Under the pieces are notes generated by a model. It did not search any database. It worked only from the letters and a program-made list of their open reading frames with translations, and had not been told where the DNA came from. The translations under genes were made by a program, and so were the position numbers. A stretch of 63,847 bases of DNA, filler included, from Hyphochytrium catenoides (Eukaryota; Protista; Hyphochytriomycota): assembly GCA_900088475.1 (NCBI GenBank). It is 6 parts of 6 records of this genome, joined end to end, with 100 filler letters (N's around TTAATTAATTAA, not from the genome) between each part and the next. Parts side by side here need not be neighbours in the genome. Positions count along the whole stretch, not along the records: positions 1 to 15,147 come from FLMG01000733.1; 5 more parts are not named here. One strand, 5' to 3'. Shown here one piece after another: positions 1 to 12,173 of the stretch (the stretch's first letter is position 1; each line of letters begins with the position of its first letter).

Positions 1-1200
1 AGCCATGATAATAGACAGAAATGATTGCATCCTACCACGCGGCTTGAGTTCCTCGTCATCCTTCACCATGAAGAAGACTATGATCTTCATCTTCTCTTTC
101 TCTCTCTCTCTTCTCCTGAAGTTTCTCCAACATCGCTAGGGGACGGCGTCTTCGTTAAGATGCATGCACGGCGCTTGAGTGCCTTCGGCAGACTTATATG
201 GGCTCTCCTTCAGCGGCCAGGAGGAGAAGAGACTACCGTCCCTGGTTGGGACAGAGAGCTAGCAAAATAAGAAGAGAAGCTTCCTGCTGCTGTTGGAGAA
301 CAGCAACAATGGAAACAGATGATTAGCATCTTCTGGCAGCAGGAACTTCCATGATGAAAGGATGACGACGATGAAATACTCTGCAGGAAAGCGGCTATGG
401 TAGTATAGACATAGTACTAGAGCTAATGAACGGGTTTCAAGAAGGAGGCAAAGAGAGAGAAGAAGCGAAGAAGAAGTGTGATATGAGTTAAGCAAAGAAG
501 AACAGGGCGAGAAGCAGCACGAAGGGCTATCATAAGATGTTTGCAGAGCGAGAAGACGAGCTTAGGACTACTCCTTCTTCATTGCTGAATATGCCCAGCA
601 GCGGCGGGGCCAGCAGTGGATCCTTCCCGATCAATAACGACAGAGAGCGACATTGTTGACCGGCTGGCATCACGCCGGAAGACGAAGAAAGGCCGCCCTC
701 CAACAAATATAATAGTCATATCAGAAAGAGGAGGACGGAGCGAGGCGGGAGGAGGAGTGATGATGAATAATGGTGTGCTTCATCAGAGGGCAAAGCAGCG
801 GAATGTGTCAGGCACAAGTAAGAGGAACATATCATCAATGTATGATGATGGGCCAGCAGACGACAAAGCATTGTTCGAAAGGGTAGAACCTCCTCTCGCT
901 CAGCAGCAGCAGCGGTGGCAGCAGCAAGAAGAAGAGAGAGAGGACGAAAGCCAAGAAGAGAAGATGACCTTCAACAGCAGCAGCAGACCATCCTCCGGCT
1001 GAGCAGCAGCCCAACAATGGGCTCAGACGACATGACCGAAGTTATTTTCCATGTACGAAAGCTGGGTAGACTGTGTACGTAAAATACTGGTGGCCTTTTG
1101 TTCTTGTAATTTAGTTTCCGGATTTACAGCTGTGTCTACGAATTAGAGTAGCTTGGCATAGGATTGTGTGGAAAGCAGACAGACACAGCAAGAGAGAGAC

Positions 1201-1243
<43 letters not shown>

Positions 1244-1551
1244 NNNNNNNNNNNNNNNNNNNNNNNCAAAGCGGGTGAAGAAAGAGCACAAGTCAAATGC
1301 GGCCAGACAGAGCTCTGCCTCTCCGCCTGCTGTCAGAGCTCCTGCGTCTCATCTCCCAACCTATCACCTCCTTCCCGCAGCTCTTCCTCTCCCAGGATAG
1401 ATCAAAGAGAGGCCGGACCAAGCCAGCTGGCCTTAGCAGTACACATTCACAAAGAGGAGAGACCGAGAGAGAGACAAAGAAAGGCCGAGAGAGAGAAAGA
1501 GAGAGAGAGAAAGATAGAGACCGACAAGGAGAGAGACGGTGACGGTGCATC

Positions 1552-4115
1552 ATGCTTCCCATATCCTCCAAGCCCTACAGAGCATCTCGGCACGGCCTCC
1601 GCCGGTCGCGTCAGCGGCCAGTAAAACTTCTGATCGCGCTTGCTACTGCCTCGATCCTACTCATCCTGGGTGCGTGCCTGCCTTGAGAGAACCTCTACCG
1701 TGACTTCTAGGAGGCCATGCTGTCCGCTTGGATACTTCTTAGTCTCTCTTTCTCTTTGTCTCTGTTTCTCTCTCTTCTCTCGGGTACTCGGCATGAGCTA
1801 TCATCGGGCTGAAGCCGTCCAAGATTTATATATCTCTCCGCTGCATTCTTATTGCCTCTGTTTGTCTGTCTGTCTCTCCCTCCCTCTCTTTCTCTCTTCT
1901 TGTCTCCCCACTTCTCGCTCTCTCCCGCTGCTTCTCTCTCAATGTTGTCTCCCTCTCTCTCCTATGTTCTCTCTCTCTCCTGTCTCTCCCTCTTTCTGCT
2001 GTGTGTGTGTCTCTCTCCCTGTCCCTCTTTTCCGTCGGCTGCTATGTTGTTCCTCCCCGTTCTCCTTCGTGGCGATCTTTCTCTTTGTGTCCGCTAATGT
2101 GGGCCTGTTGCAGCTGCGAAGTACTTTTATGAGGCTTGTGACACTCGAGCTCCGCTCAGTCAGCTCCTCGTGCAGGTAGAGAGGGAGAGATAGGACTCCT
2201 CGCTACTTTTTACTAGGTTCTTCCCTACGTCATCAACTTTTCCTTTTCTTCCGTCTCTTATCCTTTGCTGTCTGCTTGTCTCTCTCTTTCCAAATGTCCT
2301 TTCTCTTTCTTTATGTGTCTCTCCATCGCCCATCAAATAATCTCAGCATGAGACTTCTCTCCATTCGATCTAACATAATTTATGTACGGGCTACCTCTTG
2401 ATTCTCTCCGTTCAGTCTTCCTCCTCTGTTTTTCTCTCCTTTCCTTGGATGGCTCTCTACGTCTAATGAATCAAATCTCTGCTATTGACTTGGTCTGTCT
2501 TCCGCTCTATGTGGCTCTTTATCCTTTCCTTACTCTTCCCTCTCTGTCTCTGTCTCTCCCTCCCTCTCTCTCTCTCTCTCTCTCTCCGTCTCTCTCTCCC
2601 TCTCTCGTACTCTTTCACTTCCACATTTTAACTCTCTCTCTGTTTTTGTCTCCATCTAGCTGTCTCTCTTCTTTGTCCCCTGCTTTCTATGTCTCGAACC
2701 CACTCTGTCTTTAGCATGTCTAACTCTTCCCTTGGCAGGTGACCGATGTGTTAGTGGCGAACGGTGTGAAGGACTTCTGGTTAGACAAAGGAACACTGCT
2801 GGGAGCTATTCGAGAGAAAGATCTGATTCAGTGGGAGTATGACGTTGATATCTCGATGATGGAAGAGGATTGCAGAAAGTAAGAGCAAACGTCATCTCTC
2901 GTCTAGCTTTCTCTTCCTGCTTTCCTTCTACTTCTCACGCACAATTCCCTTTCTTTGTGTCCTTCTTGCTGCGACGGCAGCCTTTTCCCTTCGTCTCATA
3001 ACTTCTTCAGCGGCTTCTCTGATAAGTTCATCTTCGGTCTCCTCTCCTCTCCGCCACTCCGCCGTCTTCTGGTCTTCAACCTCCACTGTCTGCCTCCCTT
3101 AAACTTCCAAGTGCCCTTATAAATGAGTGTCTCTCTACCGCATCACCTCTATCTAGCCGCCTTCAGTCACTTTGTAATTCCCTTCGCTTCATGGTGCTCA
3201 CTGTCCCGATGCTAGGATGGACTCGATAAAGGACAAGTTTGCCGCCGCCGGACTGTTCGCGTACAATCGCTCAGACTACATTGAACAGAAACGAACGAGG
3301 ATCATCATTCCGGACGGATCCTTTCTCCCTAGCTACCAGAGCCCATACCTGACTGTCCCTTGTTATCGGATCTACGATGGACAAAAGAAGTACTTTATGG
3401 ATATTTATTGGAAGAATGTCATCCCTAAGGAGAAGGTGCTGGTCTCTTTAATTCATCCTTCCTCTCAGAAGGCATTTGAAGCCTGTTCCAAGGAAAGTTG
3501 TCGTTCTCACTCCGACCGCGTGTCTCTTTGTCCAGGTGAAGACAGACTCTATGAAGTTTCTTCTACCTCCTCATTATGCCTTTGCTGAGGACTTGCTGTG
3601 TGATGCAGAGGGAATGATACCCGAGGTACGGAGGCATGAGCCAACCGTCCATGTCCTTTTCTTTGGCCGGTCCTTGATGTACCTTCGGCGCTTGCCGCCA
3701 ATCTAGCTCGTCTGCTATGCCGATGACAAGGAGCTCTACAGTCTATGACTTCAGCAGTCTCCTTGCCCTGTTGGTGTTCGATGTGGGAAGCGTTGTCCAA
3801 CTTTTTCCCTTGTTGCTGACTCAGAACCTCGCCTGCCTTGACAGATGCACTGCTGTGGAGGCTGTGACGCTGTCAGCACCATTTTCCCTTTGCAGAGATT
3901 TTCGTTCGCTGGACGCGACCATTTCCACATTCCTCACAAGCCGAATGTCTCACTAGAAACTCAATTTGGGAAGTCTTGGACCGTGAAGATGATCAAGGTT
4001 TGGCTTGCGAACTATCAGTGTGCCAGAGAGACGATAACGAAGTGAAAGGAAAATGACAGCGACGAGACGGGTGTAGAATAAAAAGACTTAGAAACGGAGA
4101 GAGAGAGAGAAGGGG

Positions 4116-4153
<38 letters not shown>

Positions 4154-4154
4154 T

Positions 4155-4191
<37 letters not shown>

Positions 4192-4486
4192 AAGGGATAA
4201 CAGAGAAGGCGCTCGTCCCTGCAAACATGTGAGAGATTAAGCGCAACCCAGGAGAGCGGGCAGCAGAAGGACTGTGGATGATCGGACTTCCTGTTCAGTT
4301 GACGCAACGACTTACTCTTTCTCTCCGCAGGGGTACAAGAAGGTCACATGTCTGCACATTATCCAGCCTCAGCTATTCCGGTTATTATGCCTTCTGCTCT
4401 TAGGTTCAGTGGGCGCTGCGGTGTATGTCTGGGTGAGAGGAGCGCCCTACAGAATGGGATGGACCAAGCTTCGAAACCACGATTAA
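1552..4486 (+). CDS. LicD/fukutin-family nucleotidyltransferase-fold phosphotransferase, 7 exons (1552-1669, 2114-2175, 2739-2878, 3216-3435, 3536-3625, 3845-3997, 4331-4486)
   Basis: The exons join in phase across GT-AG introns. Exon 3 encodes FWLDKGTLLGAIREKDLIQWEYDVDISM, matching the LicD signature WLxxGTLLGAxR...W(D/E)xDxDI. A later exon encodes IFPLQRFSFAG..IPHKP..LETQFGKSW, typical of the LicD C-terminus. There is an N-terminal signal-anchor (LLIALATASILLIL) and a C-terminal hydrophobic segment. Confidence 0.85.
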
Positions 4487-5814
4487 CAGATAAAGACAAT
4501 GTCGCAAAGGAAGGAGAGAGAGAGAAAGACAGATTGGAGGAGAGATAGGGAGAGACACAAAGAGTGTTTGCAGAAAGTGGACGCTTTGCTGCGGTGCCGT
4601 CTTTTCTCCTGGTCTCGTGAGATTCAAAAGAAAGAGAGGAGACCGGGTTATTGCGGCGGGAGGTTGGGATACAGCTCGGTCAGCTGCTGCTATATTTATG
4701 CGACCGGCGCTAACAGTAAGCAGAGAGAGGGTCTATTTGAACTCTGTTAAGTTATCTAAAGGCTCTTGCGTACAAGCGACGGCCCGACTTGGCTCAGCTT
4801 CGAGGTGGGTCTCTCCTGAGGGGATGCTCTTGCATCACCGTGAGGCACACATTGTGAAGGCTAACAGCGCGGCAAAGAGAGAAGCAATTGGCCAGCAGCA
4901 TGGGCTTACAGACGATGGGAGAAGGAGTTAGAGACCAGGGAGAAAAGAGGGAATAGCGGGATGCTGACCCTTCAGACCTCAGCCATTCCAGGCCTTGAAG
5001 CTACTTTCGGACTTCATATGTGACGGTATGATAACAGGCGCATGCGTGGAGCTTCAGATCACGGTGTGAGCCAGAGAAAGGCGGAGAGGGAGTGAAGAGA
5101 AGAAGGAGATAAGGCTCGAGAGTTTCTGAGAGCGGAAGGATGGCCATATTAAAATAGTAACGCTCTTCTTGCCGGTAACACAATCAAGGCCTTCTCGGTC
5201 TCTGTCATTGCTAGAGCTCCTCTAGACTTCTCTCTAGCATTCCCCTTGTATCCTCATCCATAGACTTACAGCTCTTCGTCAGTAGAAAGTGCTGATGTAG
5301 AGATCTGAGTCCCGATAATCTCTGTTCCTGAAGTCTTCATCCGCAATTATTGGCAGCGCCCCCATCCCAAAGCGTGTACATAGCGGCGTTAGCGGCTATT
5401 GTTTTATCTGTAATACCATCTTATTTTAAGAGATTTGCATGTGCGTTGTACGCCGTCCGGGGCGAGTATCTTCATCAGAACTTCACACTGTGGTACAGTC
5501 TCTTTCTGAAGGTTTGAGCGCTTCATCAGACAAGTTGGCTGGCCTTTTAACACGCTTTGTAGGCCCTCGAGGTCGCACAGAGCTTGTGGTCTCTCTGACA
5601 ACGGCAGAGTGTAGGGCAGAGAAGTAGGATAGGGAGGAGAAGGTAACGTGCGGCTTGCCCGAATACCACCGCCGCCAATGCCAGACCTTGCTGGGTGGTG
5701 GGAAGCAATGTGAGCTTGTTGAGGTTCCGATTAAGCGAAGGGCAGGGCCGCCTTGGTTGAGCCAACCATCTATCAAAGCTGTTGTGCCGTGAGGCCGTTG
5801 AACTCACGCGGAAT

Positions 5815-7497
5815 ATGGCCACGGCGGAAGGAAGCTTACCGCTGCAGGATGCTCTGAATGGCGCTGCAGACGGAGTAGTCCTTGCATCACCCACTTCTGC
5901 AGCTTTCGAAGCCCTCAGTAACATCCACATAGTGCACCAGATAACCTTGTTTCAGCCGGGAATCAAGTTCAAAGACTGGGACGATGGGGATCTGGCCGTG
6001 TACCTTGGCTACTACTCTCTCCTTAGGCTTAAACACAGCCTCAGTAGTGCAGCTACGGCCGCGGCAGCTCCCCAAGGCACTGCTCAGGGCGACAGGAAAT
6101 GCCCTTTGGTCTACTGCATCAACTCTATGTACTATGCCGTCAGAGATGGCGACCTCGACCTGATGAAGTGGGTCCACAAGAATGCTTTTACAAGTGAAGG
6201 ACGCTTATTAGTGCGCTCAATCTCAGATATCAGCGAAGAAGAAGAGGCTTCAGATGACTCTAGTGACAGTGAAGAGTCGGCAGATGGTACTCCTGCCGCC
6301 GGAAGCAAGCCTCCTCATCGCACTCGCTTTGATCTCTTCTCAGAAGCAGCTCACTATGGCCATCTTCACATCCTTAAGTGGCTGGGAAAGAGAAACCCCC
6401 GGAGCGCGCATGGCAAACAGGGGCTCTTTGGAGCCATCAAGAACGGACATTTTGATGTTGTCCGCTGGTGTTGCAAGCGGCTACCGCCCAGCCCGAGAGT
6501 GCTGCAGGGTAGTTTGTGGGTGGCAATGTCTCACGGTCGGCTAGAGATCTTGACATGGCTCTCTGAACGGTATCAAGTTAAGCTGAAAGATCCCTTGTTG
6601 GTCGTTGGGCTTTGGGGAGCACTGAAAGCTGGTCATACGGCCACTGCGGACTGGGCGGTCCAATATTACGGAGTCCAAGTTACCGTGAACGCTGCCATCG
6701 CAAAGGGCCATCTACCCCTGCTGCGCTGGCTTCTAAAGCAAGGGCTGTATACCCCGCCTGAGGAGCTGCCAGGTCCGCTTCTCATCGCTGCGACTGCTGG
6801 CCACCTGGAAGTCCTTCAATGGTTTTTGAACAAGCATCTAGAGCTCAAGGAAAGATGGATAACACGGCCCCTGATGCGTCGGGTCGCTGAGGAAGGGCAA
6901 CTTACGGTTCTGAAATGGCTTGTGAACCGCCAAGTGTTAAGCTTCGGCGAGTTTGCGGACATGGACCCTTTTGATGAGCGGCCGGAAGCCAAGCTGCATA
7001 GAAATGTAGCCCTTAATGGCCATCATTCAATGCTACTATATCTTTATGAGAACCGGCCGACTCTTTTCCATGAGCCTCTCTCTGTGGAAGACTTTGATCA
7101 GATTGTCCGGAGCGGAGATGTCAATATTCTGACTTTCTTTAGCCTTGCCGTGGCTGGTGGCATCGTCTGTACATCTGCAGCTCTCAGACATGCCAGGAGG
7201 ATGGATAATCTGGTCCTGCTAACCTTCCTACAGTCTCAATTGGTCACAGTGGTGGAGTCTGGGAGTACTCTGTCAGTAGACGTTGATAACGGTGGCGCTT
7301 CTAGTTCTGATGATGAAGGCAGCATTGAGTTTTCTGACGAAGGAGAAGGAGACGATGCCGACGCAGACATAGCCTCGGATGACTCCTGGGAAGATCAAGA
7401 TATAGATGACTCGGATGAGGACACAGACAGTGATGGAGACACCATGTACGCGATAGCAAGACGGGTGAAGCGAGTGATAGAGAACATTCCACCATAG
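5815..7497 (+). CDS. Intronless divergent ankyrin-repeat protein with acidic low-complexity regions (~560 aa)
   Basis: Long uninterrupted ORF with first ATG at 5815. It carries repeated AAxxGHLxxLxWL motifs (AAHYGHLHILKWL, AIKNGHFDVVRWC, AMSHGRLEILTWL, AIAKGHLPLLRWL, AATAGHLEVLQWF, VAEEGQLTVLKWL) and a D/E-rich C-terminus. Confidence 0.85.
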   Translation: MATAEGSLPLQDALNGAADGVVLASPTSAAFEALSNIHIVHQITLFQPGIKFKDWDDGDLAVYLGYYSLLRLKHSLSSAATAAAAPQGTAQGDRKCPLVYCINSMYYAVRDGDLDLMKWVHKNAFTSEGRLLVRSISDISEEEEASDDSSDSEESADGTPAAGSKPPHRTRFDLFSEAAHYGHLHILKWLGKRNPRSAHGKQGLFGAIKNGHFDVVRWCCKRLPPSPRVLQGSLWVAMSHGRLEILTWLSERYQVKLKDPLLVVGLWGALKAGHTATADWAVQYYGVQVTVNAAIAKGHLPLLRWLLKQGLYTPPEELPGPLLIAATAGHLEVLQWFLNKHLELKERWITRPLMRRVAEEGQLTVLKWLVNRQVLSFGEFADMDPFDERPEAKLHRNVALNGHHSMLLYLYENRPTLFHEPLSVEDFDQIVRSGDVNILTFFSLAVAGGIVCTSAALRHARRMDNLVLLTFLQSQLVTVVESGSTLSVDVDNGGASSSDDEGSIEFSDEGEGDDADADIASDDSWEDQDIDDSDEDTDSDGDTMYAIARRVKRVIENIPP

Positions 7498-8770
7498 CCA
7501 TTGCCACCTCACAAGCTTTTCGCTCTCTGTCTCTTACCCTCTGGATTGTTTCAGATCTGTACTCTGGCCTACATGTAAATCATTCCTTTCCTATGGAACT
7601 GTCTGTCTCTTTTCTACACTCTCTGCTTGTCAGACTAGTCTATACCTGGCACTGAGACCTGGAGGGTCCCTCTAGACATGGCAGCAAGTTCAAGCCAACA
7701 GCAATGAGGAACATTGACCCCTTCTAGGTGTCAGTGGCCTGATTGATGAACTGCACTGCTAAGAATGCACGTCTGTAGGTTACTTCTTCTTCTCCTTGCT
7801 CGCTAAGTTCCTCTTGCATTCCATAAAGAGGAGAGATGAAGAGCGCTAACTTGGCCACTGCGATGTGAGCGAGGCAAATGTCAGCAGCAGCAGCACCGCA
7901 TGTCTCTTCCACCTCATCAATCTCTTAGTATCAGAAGGAGAGACTTGATGCTTTAAGCGCCTCTGTGAAGAAACAGAGGAAGCCTTATCCTTTCATAGAG
8001 GGAACATGAGAAGAGAGAGAGAGAGAGAGATTTTGCTGCCACCCTCTCTCTCCTCGAAGAAATGGACGATGACGCGGCTTTCCAAAGAAGTAAAAGGACT
8101 CCGAGGTAGAAGAGAGGTGCGGAGAGGACATAGATTTATTATAGAGTTTGATGAGACAGATTAAGCCCCGTGAAGAAAGAAGAAGAAAGACGCGAAGTGT
8201 GAGAGGTAAATTCTCGGTCTTTCAAGCAAGAGAAAATCATGATGTTTCTTCTCCTTTTTTTATTATAGGGAATCAAGAAAAAATGATGAAGATCAAGGAA
8301 GAAGAATCCTTCTACAAGGTAATCATAAACTGATAATCATTGGCTTTCTGAATACTCTTGCTCTCACACGGCTTTTCCTTCTGCTGACCCCTCAAAACAA
8401 GGTCAGAGGGTTATTACGTTACCTAGGTGTCCCGAGTAGACGGAGGGATGGGTGGGCCAGTGATGGGAAGAAAATGGCGCCGCTGCACAAAAGAACTTTT
8501 TTCACCATTTTTGCAGACTGCAGACAGAGTTGAGCTCGAAGGTGCAGTTCTATGGCTCTATTTATCGCGTTTTGGGTCTGCTTGGATCTCCTGCCAGTCC
8601 CCCAGAGACATTGTTAGAGCTTTGATACGTTGGGCCGAAGATAGTCTAAGAGACTCCTGTACTATAGACTTTCAGATCCATAGGGTTATAGTCCCTATTT
8701 CCACCAGAAGCGTTTGGAAGCGTTCTCTCTGCGTGGAAGTCCTGGAGGCTGGGCAATAGTTACTGGGAGA

Positions 8771-9394
8771 ATGACCTGCTTTAGCGCTCAAGTGCTGAGC
8801 TTCATCCTTTTCATTGCATTTGTTTCGGGACAAAATGCCGGTCCAGTCACAACCACCAAAAGAGCCTTCAGCGGCATTGATGAAGTTATGACTCTCAAGT
8901 GCGACAAGCCTGACGAAATTATGTGCTTACGCTTTTACCGCGTAGGAGTGTGCTGCCTGAAATCTTCTCCAGAAAACCTGAAGAACAATCCCGATGGCGA
9001 CTGCGTTTACCTGGGTCCAAAGACCAGCACTCTAGTCAACCTGGTCCGGAACTGCAGCGGTGGCGCGAATGATAGCGTCATCACAACCCCGTTCAAGTCT
9101 CCCTGCACCTTCAGAATCGGCAGCGCAGAACTAACGCCGGTGCCCAACGAGAGAATCATCAATACGAAGACCTGCCAACAGGCCCCCAGTCAAAATGCCT
9201 CCTCAGCGATTGAGGACAACCGCTTCTATGTACAATATGACTGCATCTCTGGAGCGACTACCTGCGATAAGCCGGCATCCCAGGAGGGCATTCTGTATCT
9301 TGCTCTAAGTGTTGCTATCGGCCTCGGTCTGACGCTCGTCGTGGGCCTACTAGGGGCGTGTACAAGGAACATGTTCAAGCCGAAGAAAGAGTAA
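8771..9394 (+). CDS. Uncharacterised Cys-rich type I membrane protein (~207 aa), intronless
   Basis: Signal peptide MTCFSAQVLSFILFIAFVSG, an ectodomain with 10 Cys and N-glycosylation sequons, a C-terminal TM (ILYLALSVAIGLGLTLVVGLLGAC) and a short basic tail (KPKKE). Confidence 0.75.
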   Translation: MTCFSAQVLSFILFIAFVSGQNAGPVTTTKRAFSGIDEVMTLKCDKPDEIMCLRFYRVGVCCLKSSPENLKNNPDGDCVYLGPKTSTLVNLVRNCSGGANDSVITTPFKSPCTFRIGSAELTPVPNERIINTKTCQQAPSQNASSAIEDNRFYVQYDCISGATTCDKPASQEGILYLALSVAIGLGLTLVVGLLGACTRNMFKPKKE

Positions 9395-10407
9395 GAAAAG
9401 GCAACAGGGCGGGAAGATGGATTGTCAAGAGATGGGGAAGATGGAAGAAGAAGAGGAGGTCTGAAAGTCAGGAATGTGGCTGCGGGTGAAACCTACCATC
9501 ATCAGACTAGGACGACAGATGTCAACAGCTTCTCATAGATCTTTGCGAAGGATTGGAGAGCGTTCAGTGTTTGCTCTCTTCTTGCGCTGGCTTTTGTCCT
9601 GCTGCAAACAGGGCAAGACGGACGAAGTGACGATGGCGGTGTAGGTATCTCTCTTTGCACCTCTTTAACCTTCTAATAATTCCATACCATCGAGCGTGTG
9701 GCCTTCGAATGATGACGTTTTGTCACTCTTAGTTAGGCGAATGACCTTACTTTCCCATCTGTGGCCGGCACTGCGGGTGAACAGCTGTAGATAGATTCTG
9801 TTGCATAGTTGGCACTGCAGCATGACAGTCAGTCCTCTGGGCGCACGATCCCTTCCCGCAGACCTGCGACTGCCGAAGCTCGCACGGCAGCCTAGTCAAA
9901 AATCTAGGGGAACAAGCAATAGGACGGTGGCTGAGGGACAGAGCGAATGACAGGGCGGCTGCAAGAACGATGTAAAGGTCATTCACTTGGTCAAGGGGCA
10001 CAGGAGGCGAGGAAGGCAACACGATAGGTCGGCGACTTTGCTTCAAACTTTAGTCATTGTACATATAGACGGCGTCCCTCCTCCCAGAGAAGTCTCTCTC
10101 TTGTTTGCTGGCATGCCAACCGAGAAGCTCAGTCTCTCGCTTGCTTCTTTCTATAAGATAATGTTCTCCCTTACGGCTGAGAGGAGAAGATGTTGAAGAG
10201 AGCTGGACAGACTTCCTATCATAGAAGGCGTTGCAGAGACTCTCTTCTTCATCATCTTGGAACAGAGGGCAAGATTTCTCCTCTATAACAAGAGTACAAG
10301 CAACTCAGCTAAGATCATCAATGAACCGGTTAACACCTAGGCAAAGGCTTATGAAGATAGCAGGCAAGCGTTCGCAAGGGAAAGGAAGGACATGATGGCA
10401 GAAAGCT

Positions 10408-10440
<33 letters not shown>

Positions 10441-11499
10441 TTTTTTGTTTCTGTCCTCTCTTCTCTCACTCTCTCTTCTAAATGTTTCCGAAACATCATA
10501 GGGATTTGCGAACGCCGCAAGAACCGAAGACGCTGCGCTCTCTTTCATCGTCACTTCTGTCTCTCTCTCTCCCCTGCACTCGCGCCTTCTGCATTTCCAT
10601 GCTTCCTGGACCATCATCAACCACTTTATATAAGGCTTCAGCGTCCGGCTTGCGGCTCATAGTCCCGCGGCGGCCGCATGACACAGGTTGAGGCACGGCC
10701 TGTGACTTCTGCCAGCTGATCGCGGCGCAGGAGGTAGCTGCCGGCTGTGAGGCAGCTGGGACCAGGCAAGAATCTCTCAACCTTCTACTGCTTCCCAAGC
10801 CGCTCATTCAACGCCTCGTTTCTAGGAACTCTTCCTTTCCTCGCGAAGCTCCTCTCCTCCGTCGCCGCAGCTGTACAGAGAGACCTATCACCTGCGCCTT
10901 CTCGTTGGGCTTTAATGTTCCGTCGTACTCCTGAGCTACCTGCTCTCTTGGGGTGCTACTCTCTCTCTCTCTCTCTCTCTCTTCTGTCTCACTCTCTCGT
11001 CGTCTCCCCTATTTCCTTTTGTCTCTCTTGCTCCTCTTTACCAAGCATCATCTGTCGCTCCTTAGGAAGGTAGATCAGATCCCTCATCAGCTGCTTCTCC
11101 AATAAATGAAGTGAGGGAAGCCAGACTCTCAACTCTTGGAGGAGGATTAGGAAGATTGATGAGGCATGTTGAAGGGAAAGAAGAAGAGTGAGTGCGGGAG
11201 AAAGTGATGGAGCTAGGGAGAGGAGAGAGACTCAGAGAGAGAGAGAGAGACTTAGAGAGAGAAAGAGAAAAAGACAGAGAGGGAGAGAGGAGAGAGAGGC
11301 GCCCACATACAAGTCGATCAAGCCTGCGAGTCAGAGCGGAATAGTAATAGGACAGAACAAGTACAATGGTAGCTTTGTTCAGCACATTGCCTAATAGTAG
11401 CATGCAACATCAAGAGAAAGAGATTCGTTGAGAGCTTGTAAAGAATCTTTCCTCACCAGATCTTTGCCCATTATTGAGAGGACTTGCTTCTACTACTTG

Positions 11500-11577
<78 letters not shown>

Positions 11578-12120
11578 TACACACTCGCTCGCTTCGCCAA
11601 TCCTCTCTTCCTTCTCTCTCCCGCTTCATATGTTGATCCCCATTCCCCTCGTCCTGTCCAGGCAGAGCCTTGTCTCTTCTCCCTTCTCTGCCCGCTCTTT
11701 CACTTCTCTGCTACCTTCTTTCCCCTTGTAAACGTTAGGGTAAAAGGCGTTGTGGCCGTTGTTGGCTCCCGCACGGCAAGAATGCTCATCTTGCTCCTCT
11801 CCTCTCTTTCCTCAGAGCCTCTTTCTCTGTCTTCCACACACACTTTCTCTCTCTCTCGCTTTGCTCTCCCTCTCCGTTGTCCGTCCTTCAAAGCTTGTCT
11901 GTCTCTTCTCTGTTGTCATTTCAAGCTTGTTCGTCTCTGTTTCGTGCCTCTGTTCTCTCCTTCCTTCAAGAGTTCTTTCTGTTCTTCCCCGACCTTTGTC
12001 CTCTTTCTCTCTTCATTCCTCTCTCTCCTCATGCGTCATTGTTCCGTCTATGCCCTTCACCTATCTCCCTCTTTCCCTGCGCCTGAACCATCCTAGTCCC
12101 CAGTGCCTAAGCCTTTCTAC

Positions 12121-12173
<53 letters not shown>

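Noticed and set aside
1-1002. Gln/Glu-rich ORF 616-1002 and upstream fragments
   Set aside because: Low complexity, no domain and no clear exon structure.
9700-10810. Short minus-strand ORFs (MSRKPDAEALYKVV...)
   Set aside because: They could not be joined into a credible spliced gene.
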